A DNA stretch of 64,000 bases from assembly GCA_003349885.1 (NCBI GenBank), contig QFXC01000011.1, positions 517,355-581,354 of the forward strand. Reading direction: 5' to 3'. The position numbers and the translations under genes are program-made. Source of the stretch: an endosymbiont of Galathealinum brachiosum (GTDB lineage: Bacteria; Pseudomonadota; Gammaproteobacteria; SZUA-229). This document shows, one piece after another, positions 9,451 through 16,165 of this stretch. The notes under the pieces are model-generated. The model was not told where the DNA came from. It was given only the letters and a program-made list of their open reading frames with translations, and searched no databases. Numbering within the stretch: position 1 is the first letter of the stretch; each line of letters starts with the position of its first letter.

Positions 9451-9681
9451 ATGACAGATTTTCAAGTAGAAGTTGATGCAAGGAACCTTAGTTGCCCTAT
9501 GCCGGTAATGAAAGCCAAGAAAGCGTTGAAAGGAGTTGCATCAGGTGATGTTTTGCATGTGATCGCAACTGATCCTGCCTCAGTGCAGGATTTAGAGATT
9601 TTATTAGAGTCTTTAGATGATGAATTGCTAGAGCAAACTGAAAGTGGCGGCGAGTTTCATTTTTATATTAAGAAAGCGTAA
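9451..9681 (+). CDS. tusA: TusA-family sulfurtransferase (YedF/TsuB-like)
   Basis: 76 aa. The active-site CPMP motif (LSCPMPVMKAKKAL) is characteristic of TusA/SirA. Confidence 0.8.
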   Translation: MTDFQVEVDARNLSCPMPVMKAKKALKGVASGDVLHVIATDPASVQDLEILLESLDDELLEQTESGGEFHFYIKKA

Positions 9682-9692
9682 ATAAAGATTTC

Positions 9693-9726
9693 AGCTACTT
9701 CTGTCTGATTTATGGACAGAGTAGCT
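9693..9726. terminator. bidirectional hairpin between convergent tusA and dsrH-like genes
   Basis: agctacttctgtc...gacagagtagct: a ~12-bp stem with a 9-nt loop, lying between two convergent stop codons. Confidence 0.55.
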
Positions 9727-9769
9727 TGATCGTATCATTCTTAACTTTCTTTTCATGTGTAAGTTTATA

Positions 9770-10063
9770 TTAAAGCCAGGCCTGCACATTATGCGCTTCA
9801 ACCAGGTCGACGAACCCATCATAATCTGTGGTTTCAACTCCTGCAATTAAATCATCAACTCCTCGTGCTTTAATGTCGGCACTAAGTGCATATACCTTGC
9901 AGGTTTTTAGTAATGATTCAACAAGATAAGATTTGTTAGTGTTACCTGTGGCGGCATAAACAGCGTCTTCAAATAACAGGACTACATCGTCAGCACTTAC
10001 AAAACGTATGCAGCTTTCCAGGCTTGATGTGTTAAAGGGGGATTTATTAATAGTATGTAACAT
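9770..10063 (-). CDS. DsrH/TusB family sulfur relay protein
   Basis: 97 aa with a conserved N-terminal Cys (SLESCIRFV). Sits in the E-F-H operon order. Confidence 0.7.
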   Translation of the reverse strand: MLHTINKSPFNTSSLESCIRFVSADDVVLLFEDAVYAATGNTNKSYLVESLLKTCKVYALSADIKARGVDDLIAGVETTDYDGFVDLVEAHNVQAWL

Positions 10064-10085
10064 AAATATTTCTCAAAATATTGTT

Positions 10086-10484
10086 TTAAAAAGATAAAAT
10101 AGTATCCTGCTGTTTCATCATTTCTTTTAGTTGATCTGTAGACAGTGCTCTGGGATAAACAGTTTCTTCTGTTTCATCATCTTCACCAACAGAGATGAGT
10201 TGATCTGTAGAAATATTTCTATCTTTAAGTGAATCAGAGTCTACATATACGTTTTTAACATCCCAGTCAGCAAGGGCGCCCAATGATGCGCTGAATCCTT
10301 TAATTCCCAGGTCTTTAGTGTCCTGTCCTTTTTTAACTGAGAAAACACCATCATCAATAAAAACGATAGATAAATCCATTTCAAAAGAAGCCATGATAAA
10401 CATCACCTCTATAGCCTCCTGTACATAAATGGTTCCATGAGGGGCTTTACGTAATGTGATCATAAGTTTGTGAGCATCAGACAT
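10086..10484 (-). CDS. DsrF/TusC family sulfur relay protein (with a C-terminal acidic insertion)
   Basis: Aligns to TusC (RKAPHGT..., VFIDDGVF) and has no active-site Cys, as in TusC/DsrF. It carries a ~13-aa acidic insert (VGEDDETEETVYP) not seen in E. coli TusC. Confidence 0.65.
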   Translation of the reverse strand: MSDAHKLMITLRKAPHGTIYVQEAIEVMFIMASFEMDLSIVFIDDGVFSVKKGQDTKDLGIKGFSASLGALADWDVKNVYVDSDSLKDRNISTDQLISVGEDDETEETVYPRALSTDQLKEMMKQQDTILSF

Positions 10485-10493
10485 TTTTTCTCC

Positions 10494-10850
10494 TTAATCA
10501 CCAAAAGTAACTAATCGGTCAGAGTTTTGTATCATATTCGCCAGCTGGCCTAGCCCAGAAATACGTGTGTTTTCTATTAGAATATCTTCGGTCATTCCTC
10601 TACGCTTTGCAGCTGCAATACAAACTACAATATCAACTCCCTGACTGCCAACTTCTGACCAGCGATTTGAAATGTGCCGGTCATCCTGGGGTGGCTCCAT
10701 CATTTTGGTAACATTGTTTACACCATCATGATAAAAAAATATGCCAGTTATCTCGTGTCCCTTCTTTATAGCAGACTGTACAAATTGATAGGCGCTATCA
10801 GCAGCCTGATGATTGTATGGTCCCTCCTGAATTAAAATGGTTAATTTCAT
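10494..10850 (-). CDS. DsrE/TusD family sulfur relay protein
   Basis: 118 aa with the conserved Cys loop (VDIVVCIAAAKRRG), as in TusD/DsrE. Confidence 0.75.
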   Translation of the reverse strand: MKLTILIQEGPYNHQAADSAYQFVQSAIKKGHEITGIFFYHDGVNNVTKMMEPPQDDRHISNRWSEVGSQGVDIVVCIAAAKRRGMTEDILIENTRISGLGQLANMIQNSDRLVTFGD

Positions 10851-10873
10851 TATAAAACCCCTTAGTTATAAAA

Positions 10874-11212
10874 TTACTGGTACGCTTTGTCGCATCGCGC
10901 AGCCATAATAAAATCGTTAATAAATAAGCCTGACAGGCTATGTGTCCACCAGCTTAAATTTACTGTTCCCCATTCAATACAAATGCAGGGATGGTGGTTC
11001 TCTTCTTCAGCAAGGTCGGTCACCATATTGGCAAATTTCATGGCTGACCTGAAATCTTTAAATTTGTAATTTTTTATTATTTTTTGGCTGTCTTGCTGGT
11101 AATTAAGAGTCCAGCCGTTGAGTTCCCTCAGGTGTTTTTCAATTTCTATTGTAGACAGTGCTAAACTATCTTTGTCGCAAGTTTTTAATGACTGTTCAGT
11201 TAAAGTGATCAT
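10874..11212 (-). CDS. phhB: pterin-4a-carbinolamine dehydratase
   Basis: 112 aa with the PCD signature EEENHHPCICIEWGTVNLSWWTHSLSGLFINDF ([E]xxxHHP...W...H...D). Confidence 0.8.
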   Translation of the reverse strand: MITLTEQSLKTCDKDSLALSTIEIEKHLRELNGWTLNYQQDSQKIIKNYKFKDFRSAMKFANMVTDLAEEENHHPCICIEWGTVNLSWWTHSLSGLFINDFIMAARCDKAYQ

Positions 11213-11319
11213 GAGAAGGTCTCTTTATTCTAAAGGGAGCATATAAGTCGCTTTTTATTATTAGAAATGCCCTTTAATATATTAGTAGAAAATTAGAAAA
11301 AAACGAATTTAAAGAAAAG

Positions 11320-11697
11320 ATGACAATGAAATATATGGCCGAGGTGGAAGAATTTCGTGACAAACTAAAGTCAGGTGGCAAGCCATTTTTATTAAGAAAT
11401 AGACTGCCAGCCGTAAAAGTAGAGCTAGAGTTTGAAGGGCTACTTAATGGTATGCCTGTGGTATGGCACGCCTGCATTAGAACGGTGGAAGATTGTTCGT
11501 TGAATAATCAGGTTTCTGATGATCCAAAGCAATTTATAAAAATTGAAATTATTGACGGTAGACATGAACTTGAAGTTGCTTTAAATCTTAATGTCATTGA
11601 TATGGCTACGCTAGAGCGTACTATAATTATGATTAGAAAATATAAGCGATTACAGCCCGGATGCCATGAATATGGTGCGCGAAGTAAGACAGAATAG
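11320..11697 (+). CDS. hypothetical protein (125 aa)
   Basis: ORF only. Immediately upstream of, and on the same strand as, the ParA-like gene. Confidence 0.3.
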   Translation: MTMKYMAEVEEFRDKLKSGGKPFLLRNRLPAVKVELEFEGLLNGMPVVWHACIRTVEDCSLNNQVSDDPKQFIKIEIIDGRHELEVALNLNVIDMATLERTIIMIRKYKRLQPGCHEYGARSKTE

Positions 11698-11746
11698 ATT
11701 TTAAAATTTATGGCTTAGGTTAACTGGTTAAGGATAGATATCAGCA

Positions 11747-12409
11747 ATGAAGCGTATAGTTGTAATTAATACTAAAGGTGGGTGTGGTAAGACGACAGTC
11801 TCCACCAATCTGGCGAGCTATTATGCATCTAAAGGATTTAATACCGCATTATTTGATTATGATCCTCAGGGTTCAAGTATGCGCTGGTTGAAGCTTCGGG
11901 AAGGTGATATGTCGGATATATATGGTGTGGTTGCGCATAAAAATTCAGCCAAAGCAGTTACCATGAGCTGGCAATTGCGATTACCGGCAGAAACAGAACG
12001 GGTTATTATAGATACGCCACCGGGATTAAAAGGCCCGGAGCTCAAGGAGCAATTAAAAGGCGCAGATAAAATTCTAATACCTGTTCTACCTTCCCCTCTG
12101 GATATTTTTGCTACAGCTGATTTTATTCGTGATTTGCTGCTTGATGTTAAGGTTCGATTAAATCAGACCAGTATCGGCATTGTGGCAAATCGGGTTAGAA
12201 AAAATACGGTTGCTTTTCAATCTTTAGAGCGTTTTTTAAGTTCATTAAATATACCAGTAGTTGCTAGATTAAGGGATACGCAGAATTATTTACGTGCGAC
12301 TGAAGAGGGTATGGGGATACATGAATTAAAGGGTAAAAATGTGTATCTGGATAGAACGCACTGGAAAGGTATAGTTGAGTGGCTGGACAGGAATGATCAG
12401 AATTTATAA
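11747..12409 (+). CDS. ParA/MinD-family P-loop ATPase (orphan, no parB)
   Basis: Deviant Walker A NTKGGCGKTT at the N-terminus. 220 aa. No ParB-like partner nearby. Confidence 0.75.
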   Translation: MKRIVVINTKGGCGKTTVSTNLASYYASKGFNTALFDYDPQGSSMRWLKLREGDMSDIYGVVAHKNSAKAVTMSWQLRLPAETERVIIDTPPGLKGPELKEQLKGADKILIPVLPSPLDIFATADFIRDLLLDVKVRLNQTSIGIVANRVRKNTVAFQSLERFLSSLNIPVVARLRDTQNYLRATEEGMGIHELKGKNVYLDRTHWKGIVEWLDRNDQNL

Positions 12410-12411
12410 AT

Positions 12412-12442
12412 AAAAAAGCCAGCTTAAAGCTGGCTTTTTTAT
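12412..12442. terminator. bidirectional rho-independent terminator
   Basis: aaaaaagccagcttaaagctggctttttt lies between the convergent ParA-like gene and the PEP-CTERM protein gene. Confidence 0.85.
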
Positions 12443-12450
12443 TATAAATC

Positions 12451-13212
12451 TTATTTCTTTTTTCTTCTGCTTATGAGGCCTAGTCCAGTGATTCCAGACA
12501 GGAGCAGTAAGAAGGCGGGTGGTAATGGAACAGGCGTAACGGGTGGAGATATACTTGTTATAGAAGAATTCAAAGCAGCTGTTAATGATAATGCCATTGG
12601 GCTAGTTGAGTTTGCCTGCAAATCAATAAACAAAGACTCGTTTAGCGTTTCCCCCAGTGAAATATCAAAATCAGATAAATCTATTGAAGCGGCCATTAAC
12701 CGAACATTTGAATAAGTTGAGCCATCCCAGTCAACGCGATTAGCAACCTGTTCTGTGCCTGACGTGCTGAAAACATTGGAGACAGTTAATGCCTGGCTTA
12801 CACCATTTATAGAAACGGTTGCATCATTTTGTGTCTGGTCCCAGATAAAAAAGAAGGCAAGATCATCGCCATTACCATTCAGGGCGAAAGTTTGGCTAAA
12901 GTCTAATTCCAGAGACAGGCTGCCGGCACCTTGCATTGCTGCTAAAGACGTGGACAGGTCAGAATCTGTAGTATCGTTAGGTGTATTGGTGTTAGCCCAG
13001 GCCTGACCAGTGTATGTTAGCCATGAGTTACTATCTCTGTTTCCTGCGTACCAGGATGTGCCGTTGTATGCTGTGCCCTGACCTGAAATGAGTTGATCGG
13101 CAACAGCATTATCTTCAAATGCATATGAGCCAATACTTGCAGCATTAACCTGTGAGCCTGCAGCAAGTGCTGCAAATAACAAAACGGGTTTTAAAATAAC
13201 GTTAATGTTCAT
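12451..13212 (-). CDS. secreted protein with C-terminal PEP-CTERM-type (VPLPA-like) sorting signal
   Basis: N-terminal signal peptide (LLFAALAAGSQVNA), then a ~200-aa Ser/Thr/Asn/Asp-rich domain. The C-terminus TPVPLPPAFLLLLSGITGLGLISRRKKK has the motif - TM helix - basic tail layout of PEP-CTERM sorting domains. Confidence 0.65.
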   Translation of the reverse strand: MNINVILKPVLLFAALAAGSQVNAASIGSYAFEDNAVADQLISGQGTAYNGTSWYAGNRDSNSWLTYTGQAWANTNTPNDTTDSDLSTSLAAMQGAGSLSLELDFSQTFALNGNGDDLAFFFIWDQTQNDATVSINGVSQALTVSNVFSTSGTEQVANRVDWDGSTYSNVRLMAASIDLSDFDISLGETLNESLFIDLQANSTSPMALSLTAALNSSITSISPPVTPVPLPPAFLLLLSGITGLGLISRRKKK

Positions 13213-13261
13213 TTTCTTTACTCTTAATTTTTTTATAATTTAAATTTTCAGTATTGAGGTT

Positions 13262-13585
13262 CTACTGAAAAGGCGCCGGTGGCGGCGGCGGTAGTGTTAC
13301 AGGAGTTGGTGGGGCAGAGATAACGGGCGTAGATGCATCTATATTGCTGAACCCGGCAATAGTGTTAGGTGTCAGTATTGCTTCACGCAGAAATGCCGAA
13401 TTCTCATTTGGGCGGAAGTTAACGTTAGGTGTTTTAGCTGGTGGAGGCGTTACTCTGGCAACAGGGCCAGCAGCAGGTTTAAGTCCCTCAGACCATTTCC
13501 CCCATGTGTATACAGAGTCCTGCTCTATTGCTGATGCATGCATGGGTACAAGTAATGCGATTGCTAATAAATATATTCTTTTCAT
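13262..13585 (-). CDS. secreted proline-rich protein (107 aa from ATG at 13583-13585)
   Basis: Signal peptide MKRIYLLAIALLVPMHASA. The C-terminus is Pro-rich (APPTPVTLPPPPPAPFQ). Contains a PAAG tetrapeptide. Confidence 0.45.
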   Translation of the reverse strand: MKRIYLLAIALLVPMHASAIEQDSVYTWGKWSEGLKPAAGPVARVTPPPAKTPNVNFRPNENSAFLREAILTPNTIAGFSNIDASTPVISAPPTPVTLPPPPPAPFQ

Positions 13586-13947
13586 ATTCTTAAACCTTAT
13601 TGATATAGAAAGAATTAAAAGCAAATACGATGCCGATAAATATAAAACCTAACGTAAACAGTCACTTGTGTTCAATAGAATTGAAATGCATTTAATCCGT
13701 TATTTCTGTGGGCTTCTATCCCAGATTTGGAAGATTATAGTTATCGTAAAATGCCTGTCCATACCCCATTCGAGGGGGCGCTGAGGGATATTTATGTAAC
13801 TAATTGATAATAAAGCGAATGTTTAAGCGTGAAGTTTGTTTTTTTAGATGAGCTGTTAAATTCAAAATGATTTGTACTTGCCTGTATTGTAAATACTACC
13901 GACAATGACTTGATTATAGTGTCGGTAATATTTACAGGGCATGTATA

Positions 13948-15210
13948 TTAGAAGAAATAGCGGCGCATATTTAGCGCATAGGTATCTCTGTCATATTCGG
14001 TTTCTGCTATATTTGAATCATTATTAGTAAATGTATATTGAGCATTTAGTGTCCATGATCTCAATAAGCCTGTGCGGAAATCATGACTCACCCCTAATAC
14101 AACAAGTAATTCTGTTTCATCACGTATTTCAGTAAAGCTATTGGCTGTATCTATGGCTTTATATTTGTAGTCTCGGCTACTGGCAGTTAAATAAGCCAGC
14201 GCATCATCCCAGGCGGGCATCTGTCCACCGAGATAATATTCGGCACCTGTGTAGTGAAGTGTGCCATCAACTGCACCATTATCGTGATACCTGATGCCCC
14301 CCTGAATCCCTATTGACTGGCGTTCAAAGAATTTTGCAAGGTCAATATTCCATGTTGTCATGGTGCCCCTGAGTCCCTGATCTTCCGGCTGATCATATTC
14401 CCGAATTGATGTTTTGTTTTCGAAAGTGATTTCAAGGTCTTTTGTGATGCTGTAGGTCGCTAAAGGATTAATGCCTATATATTGGGCATAGTCTTCCTTG
14501 CCAAATATGAGCTTGTCAATTTTAAAATTCAAAGCAGCACGCCATTTTTCTTCAGCTATTAGTGCAGGACCGGTGTTTAAGGTTAATACAGATAAATTGA
14601 AGTCAGTATCATCTGAGCCATAAACTCTGCTGAAAGCCGTTGCCTGAGTATGCCATTCAAAATCAACTATGGAGCCGCCCATGTGTAAGGCCTGACTCGC
14701 TCTTGAGCGGTGTGAATAAGTGAACATGAACTGGCCACCACTACCACTTTGCTCGAGTGTTTCTGGTGTGACGCCGGTTATATCTTTGCCAGGGCCCAGA
14801 TTGATATTTGAATCAGTAAACATACCAGCAGAAATATACATGGAAGAGGTAGATCGTTGAGCAGCTGTTTTTATATCACCTGATAATTGAGCTAAATAAG
14901 CGGTTATAGATAATTTAACTTCATCAGGTGTTTCCGGGTCATTTAAAACAGTGGTTAATTCATCTTTTGCATCTTGATAACGACGTGTCAGGTGATAAGA
15001 GATGGCGAGTTCCAGACGCGCACGATTAAGGCCTGGCTGATTACTTAAAATAGTTTCAAATATTTCAATGGATTTGAATAACTCACCATCCTGACGATAA
15101 CGCATCGCTTCGTTAAATAAAGTCTCCGGATCTACGGCTTCTTCAGCGTAGACAGGTGGTGCGAGAAGCGCTGTAGATAAACAGGCTGATACCAGAATTC
15201 TCCTGATCAT
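13948..15210 (-). CDS. outer-membrane protein: N-terminal TPR-like domain + C-terminal beta-barrel (Slam/DUF560-like architecture)
   Basis: Signal peptide (LLAPPVYAEE). The helical TPR-like N-terminal ~110 aa is followed by alternating amphipathic beta-strand sequence ending in ...RRYFF (C-terminal Phe OMP signature). Confidence 0.5.
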   Translation of the reverse strand: MIRRILVSACLSTALLAPPVYAEEAVDPETLFNEAMRYRQDGELFKSIEIFETILSNQPGLNRARLELAISYHLTRRYQDAKDELTTVLNDPETPDEVKLSITAYLAQLSGDIKTAAQRSTSSMYISAGMFTDSNINLGPGKDITGVTPETLEQSGSGGQFMFTYSHRSRASQALHMGGSIVDFEWHTQATAFSRVYGSDDTDFNLSVLTLNTGPALIAEEKWRAALNFKIDKLIFGKEDYAQYIGINPLATYSITKDLEITFENKTSIREYDQPEDQGLRGTMTTWNIDLAKFFERQSIGIQGGIRYHDNGAVDGTLHYTGAEYYLGGQMPAWDDALAYLTASSRDYKYKAIDTANSFTEIRDETELLVVLGVSHDFRTGLLRSWTLNAQYTFTNNDSNIAETEYDRDTYALNMRRYFF

Positions 15211-15478
15211 TTAAATATCCTCAATACAATAAGTAATTTTTCGTGATATTGACGTTTTTTAGGTGTTTTTACAAGGAAAACCGTGATTCTTATCCCATAT
15301 GGGGGGGTGTACTAATTAAGTGTGGGCAGATGAATCAGGTGGTATATACATGAAAAATTGATATTAAAGCCCGTCGCTAGCTATAAGCTATTTTTAAAAG
15401 CGTCCTTAGGCTATTATATTTAACGGTAATTAGCTTAAGCAGGTATGAGTTGTTGATCTACGTAAAGAAGGCGCAAGT

Positions 15479-16114
15479 TTGAGGCAAAAAAGTAAATATT
15501 TACTACATTTTTTGAGTTTGTTGTTTGTTGTGATTCCAGATATTGCTTTGGCAGGGCTTTTTGGATATCAGGAAAATGAACGTGAAAATTTAAAGATGTT
15601 TCCTCAATGGTTATCTGTCTTAGAACGAAATATCAAAGAAAGTGCGCCAGAGGGTAATTGTGAAAGTAGTCGGCTGGATAGTTGTCATGTGAAAAACTGG
15701 TTAAGTTTTCTGAAAAGCATTCGGCATCTTTCAAAAATGCAGCAGATAAATAAGGTTAATCTTTATGCCAATGAGCATGACTATATTTTAGATATAGAAA
15801 ATTACGGTGTTAAAGATTACTGGGCGACTCCCAGAGAGTTTTTATACAATAATGGTGACTGTGAAGATTATGCAATAACTAAAATGCTCTCATTAAAAAT
15901 GTTAGGTTTTAATATGAAGGGTATTAGGTTGGTAGTATTGCAGGATACAAACTTGAGAACACCTCATGCTGTTTTAGCATTGCACACTAAAAATGATATT
16001 TTGATAATGGATAATCAGGTGGATGAGGTTGTGTCACATAAACATATTGTACATTATGTGCCGGTTTATGCAGTGAATGAAAATAAGTGGTGGATGTTTT
16101 TGCCGCAACAATAA
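15479..16114 (+). CDS. periplasmic transglutaminase-like cysteine proteinase (BTLCP / Peptidase C93, LapG-like)
   Basis: TTG start with a GAAGG RBS. Signal peptide, then a candidate C-H-D triad in the conserved context (NNGDCEDYAITK ... TPHAVLALH ... IMDNQ). Confidence 0.65.
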   Translation: MRQKSKYLLHFLSLLFVVIPDIALAGLFGYQENERENLKMFPQWLSVLERNIKESAPEGNCESSRLDSCHVKNWLSFLKSIRHLSKMQQINKVNLYANEHDYILDIENYGVKDYWATPREFLYNNGDCEDYAITKMLSLKMLGFNMKGIRLVVLQDTNLRTPHAVLALHTKNDILIMDNQVDEVVSHKHIVHYVPVYAVNENKWWMFLPQQ

Positions 16115-16165
16115 TGCGAAATTAATCTGTTGTTTAGCTTGCTAAAGTATTTATAAGATAAATGT

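Noticed and set aside
13586-13624. Upstream extension of the Pro-rich protein ORF (MLLILSISIRFKN...)
   Set aside because: The internal ATG at 13583-13585 gives a canonical signal peptide (MKRIYLL...) preceded by an AAGG RBS-like sequence. The extension adds a second hydrophobic stretch that is unlikely to be real.
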